NCBI RefSeq assembly: GCF_006345805.1
Contig: NC_043002.1
Coordinates: 43,338,001 to 43,402,000 of the forward strand
Length of the DNA stretch: 64,000 bases
Direction: 5' to 3'
DNA from: Octopus sinensis
Lineage: Eukaryota
The notes below the pieces were generated by a model. It saw only the letters and a list, made by a program, of their open reading frames with translations, had not been told where the DNA came from and ran no database searches. Every line of letters begins with the position of its first letter. The stretch's first letter is position 1. Shown in pieces: positions 50,998 through 63,829 of the stretch. Both the position numbers and the translations under genes were made by a program.

Positions 50998-51834
50998 TAT
51001 TAGCAATAATTATAACGACATAGAACATGGAGACCCGTTCGTCCTAAAAATTTATTTCCTCTTATTTTACAATTCTATACAGCATATTCTTATGGTCTTT
51101 ATGACCTACACGGGTTTCCACTGCACAGATTACGGGCAGTTGCAGATACAATCTGGTACGATTTTCGATGCAGCTTCTTCAAGGTCTATCCATTTGACTA
51201 ATTTCGAAATGAACTGAGTGGAGTTAGTTGTTTGTTAGTTAGGATTCATGGGGAGGTGGGATGTTTTGAAACTGAAATCTTATCCGTTTGTATGCTTGCG
51301 CGGTTGACCTCAGATTTACACTGGTTGTTGTACGAAGACAGGGTTCTGTCTAATTAGGTCAAGGTTGATGTTAGTGTTTTCTTAGGGCTCCTTGTGTATT
51401 TTAGCTACGCTGAGGCCTTGTTTTCATGTGTAGAGCTTCTAGTGTAATGTTTTTAATTGTTCATATATTCACTTTCTTGGCTGTGTTGTTTATGTCTTAC
51501 GATATACATTGGATAGAATATATGCTAGATTTGTTGAGGAGCGCCATGAATTTTGTGGGTTTAGGATATGCTTGTTTATCCATCCTTTCCCACTCAACTA
51601 TGGTTTGGGTATTGAGTTATCTTGAACTTTCATGAAACTTTTTAAATGTGTTATCGCGTTTGGCCTTAAGGCCTGTTCAAGTCTGGTATTAAGTAATGGG
51701 TTTCTCGATCTAATTATCTGGTATAGTCCTTCTATATATAAGTCGCATCTACTCCCCCCACCCCCGGTTTAACTGTACTCCGTAGTATAGCTATGGTTTC
51801 TCCATGTTCTATATCTTTATAATTATTGCTAATA
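50998..51834. mobile_element. ~840-bp element with 36-bp terminal inverted repeats
   Basis: tattagcaataattataacgacatagaacatggaga pairs with tctccatgttctatatctttataattattgctaata (2 mismatches). Confidence 0.65.
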
Positions 51835-52064
51835 TTTACTCCAGGCAATAATTACCGCCCAGTGAAACGAACACGGAATTACCCATCGGAGGAACTGTTT
51901 CATAAAGATAGAGACAGCAATTTGTTCGCCCATTTTCAGTCCACCACACCAACCAGGAGTAACTCTGATCCGGAGAATGAAATTTAGTTGAATAAACAGA
52001 AATTTATAATCTTTCTCCTATAACATAAATTATTTAAAGAAATTAATTAAAGAAAACTTGTTTA

Positions 52065-52231
52065 GTGGCAGTGTAGTAAGTAGCTTCCTTACGAACCACA
52101 TGGTTCAGGGTCCAGTCCCACTGCGTGGCACCTTAGGTAAGTGTCTTCTACTATAGCCTCGGGCCGACCAAAGCCTTGTGAGTGGATTTGGTAGACGGAA
52201 ACTGAAATAAGCCTGTCGTATATATGTATAT

Positions 52232-52292
<61 letters not shown>

Positions 52293-52530
52293 GTATATAT
52301 ATATGTATATATGTATGTGTGTGTATATGTTTGTGTGTCTGTATTTGTCCCCCCAACATCGCTTGACAACTGATGCTGGTGTGTTTACGTCCCCGTAACT
52401 TAGCGGGTCGGCAAAAGAGACCGATGGAATAAGTACTAGGCTTACAAAGAATAAGTCCTGGGGGCGATTTTCTCGACTAAAGGCGGTGCTCCAGCATGGC
52501 CACATTCACATGAATGAAACATGTAAAAGA
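52065..52530 (+). mobile_element. SINE family B
   Basis: Bipartite, with an expanded internal (TA)n. Confidence 0.87.
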
Positions 52531-52791
52531 GTATTGTTGCTGTTTTTTTTTTTTTTAACTAAAATATGCAAACTAAAAGTGATAAAAAGTTTAAATGTAA
52601 GACTGAGCAAGGATGTTATAATATGTCCTCGTACGCGTGGCTATTTATTTGGTTAAAAAGTCTGCTTCGTATCCACATGGTTTGTCTCACAGGTTTAGTC
52701 TCACAGCGTGACGCTTTGACTGGACGTATTTTACCATAACCATGGTCTGACTTGAATGAAATCGGTAGGCAGAATTTCCCTAACACACACA

Positions 52792-52839
<48 letters not shown>

Positions 52840-53021
52840 CAAACTTAACACACGGCCACGGCATGTATATGGGTGTGTGTATTAAAGCAGAAAACTAGGA
52901 AATTTTGATATTATTTATTCCATATTATACATGTTTATTTGCCAATACGAATTACATCAGTTTGCGTGTGGAAAAATATAAATCTTTCATTAGTAATTCA
53001 GTAGCAAGAAAATTATAATAC

Positions 53022-53354
53022 ATTGGCAAGTGTCTTCCGCTATAGCCCCGGGCCGACCAATGCCTTGTGAGCGGATTTGGTAGACGGAAACTGAAAGAAG
53101 CCTGTCGTATATATGTATATATATATATGTATGTGTGTGTATGTGTTTGTGTGTCTGTGTTTGTCCCCCTAGCATTGCTTGACAACCGATGCTGGTGTGT
53201 TTACGTCCCCGTCACTTAGGGGTTCGGCAAAAGAGACCGATAGAATAAGTTCTGGGCTTACAAAGAATAAGTCCCGGGGTCGATTTGCTCGACTAGTGGC
53301 GGTGCTCCAGCATGGCCGCAGTCACATGACTGAAACAAGTAAAAGAGTAAAAGA

Positions 53355-53355
<1 letters not shown>
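53022..53355 (+). mobile_element. SINE family B, 5'-truncated
   Basis: Matches 52065 from ggcaagtgtcttc to gtaaaagagtaaaagag. Confidence 0.87.
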
Positions 53356-53408
<53 letters not shown>

Positions 53409-53457
53409 AAACAAGTAAAAAATAGAAAATGCTAAAATAATTTTATAGTGAACATTT

Positions 53458-53495
53458 CAGTACCGGTTTCGGTCATTTTGAGACCTTTTCAACTG
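53458..53495 (-). ncRNA. Minimal type-I hammerhead ribozyme, U3-A8 variant
   Basis: CAG-UUGAAAA-GGUC-UCAAAAU-GACC-GAAAC-CG-GUA^-CUG; helix I is CAG/CUG, helix II is GGUC/GACC, and helix III is the palindromic ACCGGU. Confidence 0.62.
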
Positions 53496-53530
53496 TAACG
53501 ATTAAATAATTAAATTTAGAAAAATTAGAA

Positions 53531-53578
<48 letters not shown>

Positions 53579-54015
53579 TATGTATATGGCGGTGGGGTCT
53601 ATACGAACGATGACAAACACACATAGTCACTTATACTTATTACCGGTTGCTTGCCTCAAGATATGCATTTCAAGTCAAAATAATTCGCATTCCTTAAGAT
53701 TAAGGATCTTTCCCTTTTTTTAAGCATTTCTCTTTCCTAACAGAGGCTGCTCTTATATTTCTTTTCCCTCTGCCTCTATTCACTCGTTCTCTCTGTATCA
53801 AATGTTTCGTTGTTGGGTCGTCAACCTTACAATAAATGGGTTGCGTCAAGCACATGGTGTTTCTATTTAAGCAAGTAGTCATTCAACAATAAAACTTTCT
53901 CCCAGTACTTTTACGTAGGCGACATAAGTGGATCCTGTTGAATTGTTAAAAAGCAAAAAAAAAAAAAAACCGGTAATTTCGATTCACATCACAAAGTACA
54001 CTCCTAAGTAGCACA

Positions 54016-54067
<52 letters not shown>

Positions 54068-54088
54068 CACACACGTACGCAAATACAC

Positions 54089-55569
54089 ATACATGCACAA
54101 ATACACACGAACGTGTGTTCATCTATTGATAAATATGATATAGGTTATATTTAGGTGGAGGCGCAATGGCCCAGTGGTTATAGGATCACAGTTTCGATTC
54201 CCAGACCGGGCGTTGTGAGTGTTTATTGAGCGAAAACACCTAAAAGCTCCACGAGGCTCCGGCAGGGGATGGTGGTGAACCCTGCTGTACTCTTTCACCA
54301 CAAATTTCTCTCACTCTTACTTCCTGTTTCTGTTGTACCTGTATTTCAAGGGGCCGGCCTTGTCACTCTCTGTGTCACGCTGAATATCCCCGAGAACTAC
54401 GTTAAGGGTGCACGTGTCTGTGGAGTGCTCAGCCACTTACACGTTAATTTCACGAGTAGGCTGTTCCGTTGATTCGGATCAACCGGAACCCTCATCGTCG
54501 TAACCGACGGAGTGCTTTCATCCATAGGTTATATTTAAGAATACGTACACATATATACATATATGCACAGATAGATACATACATGCACAAATACACACGA
54601 ACGTGTGTTCATCTATTGATAAATATGATATAGGTTATATTTAGGTGGAGGCGCAATGGCCCAGTGGTTATAGGATCACAGTTTCGATTCCCAGACCGGG
54701 CGTTGTGAGTGTTTATTGAGCGAAAACACCTAAAAGCTCCACGAGGCTCCGGCAGGGGATGGTGGTGAACCCTGCTGTACTCTTTCACCACAAATTTCTC
54801 TCACTCTTACTTCCTGTTTCTGTTGTACCTGTATTTCAAGGGGCCGGCCTTGTCACTCTCTGTGTCACGCTGAATATCCCCGAGAACTACGTTAAGGGTG
54901 CACGTGTCTGTGGAGTGCTCAGCCACTTACACGTTAATTTCACGAGTAGGCTGTTCCGTTGATTCGGATCAACCGGAACCCTCATCGTCGTAACCGACGG
55001 AGTGCTTTCATCCATAGGTTATATTTAAGAATACGTACACATATATACATATATGCACAGATAGATACATACATGCACAAATACACACGAACGTGTGTTC
55101 ATCTATTGATAAATATGATATAGGTTATATTTAGGTGGAGGCGCAATGGCCCAGTGGTTATAGGATCACAGTTTCGATTCCCAGACCGGGCGTTGTGAGT
55201 GTTTATTGAGCGAAAACACCTAAAAGCTCCACGAGGCTCCGGCAGGGGATGGTGGTGAACCCTGCTGTACTCTTTCACCACAAATTTCTCTCACTCTTAC
55301 TTCCTGTTTCTGTTGTACCTGTATTTCAAGGGGCCGGCCTTGTCACTCTCTGTGTCACGCTGAATATCCCCGAGAACTACGTTAAGGGTGCACGTGTCTG
55401 TGGAGTGCTCAGCCACTTACACGTTAATTTCACGAGTAGGCTGTTCCGTTGATTCGGATCAACCGGAACCCTCATCGTCGTAACCGACGGAGTGCTTTCA
55501 TCCATAGGTTATATTTAAGAATACGTACACATATATACATATATGCACAGATAGATACATACATGCACA
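54089..55569 (+). repeat. Three identical tandem copies of a 490-bp unit carrying a family C SINE
   Basis: The 490-bp period is visible in the ORF track (54119/54609/55099). Confidence 0.95.
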
Positions 55570-55599
55570 TATACAGATATTTGAGGACAGATTTATAAA

Positions 55600-56720
55600 A
55601 ATGTTTATTAAAAAAACACATATAATAACAGATAACTTTATTTATCAAAAAATGTTATGAGGATAAATATAGACCTTCTTTTCTAGAATGTTATTCAATA
55701 AAGCCACCTTCAGCTTCAACAACAGATTGTATACGAGTTCTAAATCATCTACATGCTCGAATCAAATGGTGCTGGTTCATTTTGGACATTACTCTGACTA
55801 TGGCAGCTTTCAAAGAAAGGCGTGTTCTTTGACCTCTCTCTCAACAACGCTCCACACGTAATAGTCCAATGGATTGAGATCTGGGGAATTAGGAAGCCAA
55901 ATGTTATGGGTTATGTGATAATAAAAATGTTCAGCCATCCATTCCTGTGTTACTAGAGACGTGTGATAGAGCAGAGTCTTCCTGAAACACATGACCTTAA
56001 CAATTATTTACAGGACCTCAATGTAGGCGGCAGAGTTGGTTCTAACGCCTTGTGGAAAGAAGTAAGGAGGTGTCACATGTCCTTCATTACGGATAACCCC
56101 TAAAACCATAACAGTTGTATGAAATTTTGTATGCATAGCACTTGGAATTTCAGGAGGATCTGCACATAACCACCTGTCATTTCAAAAACTAAATCAAATC
56201 TTCTTCTGATGGATTTCCCAGTTTGTTTAAGAGTCTTTTAGATCTGATGTAGTGATTTTCTTTTGCTTTCTCTGACAAATTGACCTTTCCTCACCATATA
56301 TCTGATGTCTTCGTGGACAACATTTCTGACTTTTCATCTGACACATAGAGATCTTTTGCAATTGACTTCATGGACTCCCTTTCTCCCTCTCTGGGATTGT
56401 AAGCAATGGTCTGTTGAACTTGCTGGATAAATTCAGATGTTCTGATGATTTCAGAGCATTTAGAATGCTTTATATGATTTAATACTGGTGATACGTTTCC
56501 ATCTTCAGTCTCTAGCTCCTTACAAACTTTGTAGACGAAAGATCCAGCAACTTTTAAATATCGAGATATTTCTAAATCGCTACACTCAGCCTTTATAACC
56601 ACAATAGCAGCATGCCACTTCATTACATGAATAAGCTGAGGGTCTGCCATTATTATTTTCTGAAACAAAGATTATACAGAGTTAATAAAACAGGCAGTAA
56701 TGACCCCCAAAAGGTATGTT
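55600..56720 (-). mobile_element. Decayed maT (DD37D) transposon
   Basis: FQEDSA..WLPNSPDLNPLDYYVWSVVE gives 37 residues between the two D residues after correcting one frameshift; N-terminal HTH-like ORF at 56291-56668. Confidence 0.82.
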
Positions 56721-56782
56721 CTCAAATACCTTACGCAGCCTGTATATTATAAGTATATATACTCGCATATATTAAGAAATGC

Positions 56783-56815
<33 letters not shown>

Positions 56816-56839
56816 ATATATATAATATATGCATGTATG

Positions 56840-56877
<38 letters not shown>

Positions 56878-56975
56878 TGTATGTATATATATATTATATA
56901 TATATATATGCATGTATGTATGTATATATATATATGCATGTATGTATATATATATAATATATGCATGTATGTATG

Positions 56976-57051
<76 letters not shown>

Positions 57052-57224
57052 TATAGTATAAAGGATATATGCATACTTATATGCATTCACACATGCACAT
57101 ATATATCGACACACACGCATATTCACAGACATATACACAAGGCTTCACACTGACACACACATAAACATGTATACGTATATATACATATACATACATAATA
57201 CATACATACATACACACACACATG

Positions 57225-57523
57225 GAGAAACTTTCAAAATACAAAGACCTGGAAACAGAGGTAACTCGACTGTGGAGTCTATAAACAGAAACAATTATAA
57301 TAGGAGCATTAGGTATGATAAAAAATATTCACACAAATACATAGCAAAAACACCAGGACTAACAAATTTATATAACATACAGCAAATAACACTACTAGGC
57401 ACCGCCTATATCCTAATAAAACACTTTCAATACTGTAACTATAAGAGTATCACAACACATTCCCAAGGCACACACAGCTGCGCTAGGTAATGCAGTAAAA
57501 GAACGTGATAAAATAAGACTAGA

Positions 57524-57565
<42 letters not shown>
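57225..57565 (+). mobile_element. R4/Dong LINE 3' end with (AAT)n tail
   Basis: EKLSKYKDLETEVTRLW..IIIGALGMIKK..LLGTAYIL, then a UTR and (AAT)n. Confidence 0.85.
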
Positions 57566-57613
<48 letters not shown>

Positions 57614-57639
57614 CAGCAGCAGCAGCAGCAGCAGCCACA

Positions 57640-58570
57640 CCAGTCGTGACTTACAGTTTCAATATCATTAACTGGTCAATTACTGAAATATGTAATCTTG
57701 ACAGTAAAATACGAAAATTTTTGACAATGAATAGAATGCACCACTCTAAGGCAGATATAGAACGGCTTTATCTGCCAAGAAAAGAGGGAGGCCAAAGACT
57801 TTTACAACTGGAATTAACAATGAAGTTTGCCGCAATTGGCCTAGACACCTACCTGAAAAACTCTGATGAATGGATGTTAAAACTTGTCACAAAGCATGAA
57901 AACAAGAAAGCATCATACAAAAAAGGCAAAGGAACAAAACAGGCAAAAGAATATCAAAGTGAATTCCAAATACAACAAAATCCAGAATTAGACGTACTGG
58001 AAACAAGCACAGAAAAAGCTAAGCGTATGAAAATCCGTGCAAAAACTGCTGCCTTAGATATTCTTACTGATAAATGTCAAGAAAAACCTCTCAATGGTAA
58101 ATACCCAAAATGAGCTAATAACACCGACGTTGACAAAGCCCTTACCCATCAATGGTTAGTGGCTTCTGGCTTAAAATAGAAAACTGAAGGGTTTATCATA
58201 GCAGCCTAAGATCAATCCCTACCTATAAGAAATTACCGGGCCAACATATTAAAGAACGGCAGCTGCCCAACATGTCGTTTATATCAACAACAAAATGAAG
58301 TGTTTGATCATGTTGTCTCCATGTGCAGCCTTCTTGCACCTACGGAGTATCTCAACAGGCATGATAGAGCAACATAATATATTCACTGGGTAATTTGCAA
58401 AATCTTGGACCTACCCCATGATAAAAACTGGTGCAAACACAAACTACCTCCAATGCTTGAAAAGGATCACATCTCACTCCTCTGGAAATTCACCATTCAA
58501 ACTGACACAAATATAAACGAATAGGCCAGACATTATATTGAAAGATTTCGGACAAAGATCATGCCTCCTG
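57640..58570 (+). mobile_element. R4/Dong LINE internal fragment
   Basis: LTMNRMHHSKADIERLYLPRKEGG, TEGFIIAA, CRLY..HVVSMC..YLNRHD, RPDIILKD. Confidence 0.88.
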
Positions 58571-58659
58571 TAAGTGAACTCGGAAGGTTGGGCCTTCAGT
58601 CAGGCCTTCCGCGATTCCCTTAAAGCCAGGAACTTTTCAGTACCCCCTTGTAGTAGTAG

Positions 58660-58954
58660 CAGCAGCAGCAGCAGCAGCAACTATTAATTCTGCTGCTATT
58701 GTTAGTACTTACCTTGATATTGCTATAGTTTTTTGTGTTTTTTGGAGTTGTTTATTTTTGCGTTGTTTCGGGATGTACTAATGATGTTGATGATGATGAC
58801 GTCGACGACGATCATGACGACGACGACAACGAAGACGATGATGATGATGATGATAGTGATAATGAGGATAAGATTGTGATGATGATGGTGTCGTTGTTGT
58901 TGGTGGTGCTGGTGGTGATGACGTAGTTTGGATGTGTAGTCACGATTCTGCAAC

Positions 58955-58985
<31 letters not shown>

Positions 58986-59930
58986 GGTGGTGGTTGGTGA
59001 TGGTGGTGGTAATAGTAGTAGTAGTAGTAGCAGCAGCAGCTTTCGGGTTATGAAATGGGTGTCTTATTTCTTGGTACGGGTATCTTGAGTTGTTATTCAC
59101 ACAACAATTTGCTGTCTTGGCGACCGTGATCACCATTATTCAAATAATTGCCGTTCTAAGCCCTTTAGCAGTTCTGGTTCTGATATTTTTAATCCAATCG
59201 ACGTCATTCTAAATGGAATGTTGCCATTGACACCATCTTCCAAATCATTTCATTCAGGACCCATCGTTTCATATCACTTGGACAAATAGTTAACGCTACG
59301 ACCAACAGCAGCAGCAGCGCCACCCGCACAACTATCATCATCATCAGCAGCAGCATCACCACCACTGCCGCCGTCACCGCCACCACCACCACCCACCACC
59401 ACCGCCACCACCACCACCAACAACAACAACAGCACCGCCGCCACCATCACCACCACCACTATCATCATCACTAGCAGCAGTAGCTGCACCTCCACTACCA
59501 CCACCATCACTACCACCCTCACCTACTACTACTACTACTACTACACTACCACCACCACCAAAACCAGCATCACCACCACTACTACTACTACTACTACTAC
59601 AGTGCCAGCGATAGCCACACCAGTATGAGGCGCTCCATCACATTACCAGGCCAACAAAATCACAACCAGTGCCATCATCATCATCATCGTCATCTTCGGT
59701 TTTACAAAAACAACAGCAACAACAATATCAAATCAGCATCAACTACATCAACAACAATGCTTCCACCACCACCACCACCACCAGTAGCAACCACAAGCAT
59801 CAACACCACCACCACCACCACCACCACCTCCACTACACTGTTGTCAACTCTACAAAAAACGCCAGCAGCTGCGATGGTATCTACAATACCACCATCATCA
59901 TCATCATCATCATCACCATCATTTCTTTTT
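58660..59930. repeat. Low-complexity trinucleotide mosaic
   Basis: Alternating GAT/GGT/CAC/CAT/CTA runs. Confidence 0.88.
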
Positions 59931-59939
59931 ATCTCAGGT

Positions 59940-60110
59940 TTTGTTGTAACTCCCGGAGTCTTGCATGCGTAGCGAGGTCGCTGCCTGCAGTTTAGGGTAT
60001 CATGCTATCAGTTCTTTTTAAACTATCTAATACTAAACTGATTATTCTGGCCGTGCCAAGCAGGCAAACGTTTTGTAGCAGTTCTGCTGGCCATTCTATT
60101 ATTATCTATT
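59940..60110 (-). mobile_element. R4/Dong-like 3' end
   Basis: LLQNVCLLGTARIISLVL, followed by a UTR that runs into (GAT)n. Confidence 0.6.
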
Positions 60111-60157
60111 ATTATCATTCACCCTGGTGGCAAATAAATGAAATCATTATTATTATT

Positions 60158-60268
60158 AGTGGGCTGGCAGAACTGTTAGCACGCCGGGCGAAATGCTTAG
60201 CGGTATTTCGTCTGCCGTTACGTTCTGAGTTCAAATTCCGCCGAGGTCGACTTTGCCTTCCATCCTTA
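60158..60268 (+). mobile_element. SINE family A, 5' half
   Basis: Family A head and core up to ttgccttccatcc. Confidence 0.85.
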
Positions 60269-60719
60269 ATATATAAAGGCAAATTCAATGAGGCAATTGA
60301 GAGTATTATTACATACCTGCAGCTGTCAGAAAAGTTTTAACGGGTTGTCGGGGTTCCTTTCTTCAAGTAAAATCCAGTAAGGCGGCATAATATGATGACA
60401 ATTTGCCACGCAGTAATGAGGATTACTACTAGACTTAAATAAGAAATTTAAACGATTGACTGGAGAACGCTTACTTAATCATGCAAATAATAGCTTATGG
60501 GAATATTCCATTATGTACTGATTTACTACTATAACCGAGGAATATTTATAAATTTAAAACCGATGATAAAAGTTCAATTTCTTATAAAATAACAATGCTA
60601 AATATAAACGTTTCAAATTTACCGGCAAAATTAGTTTAAGACCGTATCATTCTTAATAACTAGTGAATTCGCTAAGTGATTGAATTCGCTAAGTGATTAA
60701 AAAATTCTATGGGAATGTT

Positions 60720-61560
60720 TTGCCATATTTCATTGATATAATCGAATAATTGTTTTGGATTAGATGGTTTTTTTAGCATAATTCCACAAGTTCTCGATCG
60801 GATTTAGGTTCGGGCTCTGGGGAGGCCATTCGATTACGTCAATATTATGGTGATCAAATAATTCTATAACATTTTTGGATATGTGCACAGGACTATTGTC
60901 CTGCTGATAAATAGCCCCGGAGGCATTGGTGAGTCAAATATGGCACATTATCCTTTATTAGATTCATAAAACCTACACTATTTAGCTTTCTATCAACTTT
61001 AACTAGAGGGCCAACACCAAAGCTACTAAATGCCGCCCACACCATCACCCCACCCCCGCTTGCGTTGTCTTTTTCACGCATTTCGGATGGAATTCCTCGG
61101 TTGGGCGACGTCTGACTTACGTTTTACCATCTGATCCAAATATTCAGAAGCGTGACTCGTCACTCCAAAGGACCCTGCACCAATCTTCGGCTGTCCATTG
61201 AGCATGGCTTTTTGCGAAATTAAGACGTTTAAGTCGACTTTTTCGGATATTATTAGCTTTTTCCATGTAGTCCAAATTCTCTCAAACGGTTGCGGACGGT
61301 TTCTGGTATAAAAATAATATCATTCTCGCTGGACAATTGTTTACAAATGTCAACGTCTGTCAGCATTCAGTTGCCTTCCGAAAGTCGGTGGATTCGACGG
61401 TCCAACTGCGCCATCCTTTTTCTTGGGGCGCCATTCCTTTGCTGATCTTTATATTGACCAGTCTCCGAAAATAACTTACACGCTTGCACGCAAGCCGTTT
61501 TACTGCACTTTAGTAGTTTACTGATGTCCGAAAAGGAAACTTTTTGCTGCTGGAATATCA
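60720..61560 (-). mobile_element. Decayed Tc1 DD34E transposon
   Basis: KRAKIV..HTH, GGGVMVWAAFS, and QQDNSPVH...WPPQSPNLNPIENLW with 34-residue spacing. Confidence 0.87.
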
Positions 61561-61779
61561 CGATTTTTGCTCTCTTGACTGGACTGAGGCTACGTTTTGT
61601 AGCTCTATTTTCCTTCTTAGGTGGAAGGTGAAGAAATCCACCAAACCAGGGCCAGAGATAAAAATGCCTGTTATTAAACCTTTCATTCGCGTCTTCCAAA
61701 TCACCTTTCTTGCAATTGCTACTACGATGAGAAAGCAATTCTTACCTTCTTTCGATAGGAAATCCGGTGGGTCAATTTC

Positions 61780-62715
61780 TACTATTGACTCAGTCGATAA
61801 CTGTACTCTTCCTGTACTAGACAATAGTTGTTCGGCATAAACCTACACATCTGAAACCACCGAACACTGAACAATAGCATGCGGGACGGTTTCCCTGATT
61901 CGCCCACATCTTGGACAAGTCGGTGGGTTAGGGCCACCATGATTACGAGTTTGTCTCGGACAGGTAAGGCTCGTTGGTAACATTGCCATGCCAAAGACAC
62001 CTGGAAGTTATCCAGTGTCTTCGGCCCGAATGTACGTTGGAACAGATTGGCCAGCTGATTATTGTCGAGACCTAGGGCTTCCCCAAGCAATCGTTACATT
62101 TCGCCTCTACCAACCCTCTATAGAAGAATGTGGTAGAACCACTACCGCAGGTGTTGCCCGAGAGATGGAATTTCAGTTCTACCAGTTCGCGTAGACATTC
62201 GCCAGCAGGTGCCCGAACAAGTCTGGCATACTCTTATACAGTTCATAGGGTAGACCATCCAGTTCCAGTGCTTTACTCGCGTCGCGGTGCGCCATAGCCT
62301 CAATTACCTCCTCAGGCGTGATCGGTCCTTCACAACACTCCGCGTCAAGCTCCGAGAGGCGCTGCAGCCCGGCAAGGAAATCCGATAGGTCCCTGTTACT
62401 GTCCGGTCCGCTTCATCCACCACGAAAAGCTGGGCGAAGTGCTCCTGAAAGACCTCATGCATCTCCTCCGGCTCGTTTATCAACTTATCTCTTTGGTTAA
62501 TCAAAGATCGAATTGTGCCATCATTGCCACGTTGGGCTTCCATAACTCGGGCCCATCCTGCTGCCTTGATTCCTTCACAACCAATGTACAAATCCTAGCT
62601 CCAACAATGCAACCTTCGAGATGCTGGTTTAACGCCAGCCTCTTGGCCGTCACCTGAGCTGCAGAGCCAGATTCCATTGCTTCCTCCAAGTCCTTAGCTA
62701 ATGCTAATCCCTTCC
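61780..62715 (-). mobile_element. Internally deleted L1/Tx1-like LINE fragment
   Basis: FQEHFAQLF and KALELDGLPYELY are followed shortly by ALPVRDKL and CPRCGESGETVPHA, so the RT core is missing. Confidence 0.7.
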
Positions 62716-62722
62716 TAGTCTA

Positions 62723-62975
62723 TCTATATATATAGAACTGAGAATGTCTGTCTGTCTGTTCTGTCTGTCTGTCTGTCTGTCTATGTGGATCCCTAAAACT
62801 TGAGAACTACACAACCAATTTCATTCAAATTTTACACATGCCTTACTTGGAGTGTCATGGGCAAATATATGTTTAACTTCTTGCCTAGGGCAGGCCCACA
62901 GCAACATCATATCTTCTCCACTATTTCAGTATTACGTGTTAAACGTGAAATAAAAACAACTCTCTATTGTATTTA
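62723..62975 (+). mobile_element. Non-autonomous Helitron-like 5' portion
   Basis: A|TCTATATATATAG start, (GTCT)n tract, and ccaatttcattcaaattttacac motif. Confidence 0.55.
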
Positions 62976-62979
62976 TATG

Positions 62980-63039
<60 letters not shown>

Positions 63040-63203
63040 TGTATTTCTATAGATATATATGTATATGTATACATGTATGTCTCGATGTATATATATAGAT
63101 GTACATGTAATATATACACATATATATATACACATATATACATGCATACATATATACACCCATTCACACACCTCCATCCACCCTCCCACCCACGCATACA
63201 TAG

Positions 63204-63515
63204 GTGCAGGTTTGGCTGTGTGGTAACAAACTTGGTTCCAAAACACATGGTCCTCAGTTTAGTCCCACTGTGTGGTAACTTGGCACGTGTCTTCTGCTAA
63301 AGCCTCAGACCAACCAAAACCTTGTCAGTGGATTTTGTAGACAGAAACTGAAAGAAACCAATTGTATGTATATGTATGTATATATGTAAGTCTATGTGTG
63401 TGTTTTTGTGTTTCTCCCTCATCACTGCTTCACAACTGCTGTTCGTTTATTTACATCCCCATAACTTACTGGTTTCACAAGAAGAAACTGATAGAATAAG
63501 AATCAGGCTTATCAA
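63204..63515 (+). mobile_element. SINE family B (diverged)
   Basis: ggctgtgtggtaac head and gtggattttgtagacagaaactgaaagaa. Confidence 0.78.
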
Positions 63516-63612
63516 AATATAAAAAAGCACTACGCAGTGTCTCATATTTTTGTTTGCCCACTCAGTTGTATCTATCAATTTATCTTTGTGTGTGTGCGTG
63601 TGTATATATCAT

Positions 63613-63643
<31 letters not shown>

Positions 63644-63664
63644 CTATATATATATATATATATC

Positions 63665-63727
<63 letters not shown>

Positions 63728-63829
63728 ATATATATAATATATATATATATATATGGACTTCGTAGACAGGAACTGAAACAAATCAATCGTATATATATGT
63801 ATGTATATATGTAAGTGTATGATTTTTGG

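Noticed and set aside
59625-59995. His/Thr/Pro-rich ORFs
   Set aside because: Low-complexity trinucleotide mosaic that is open in several frames on both strands.
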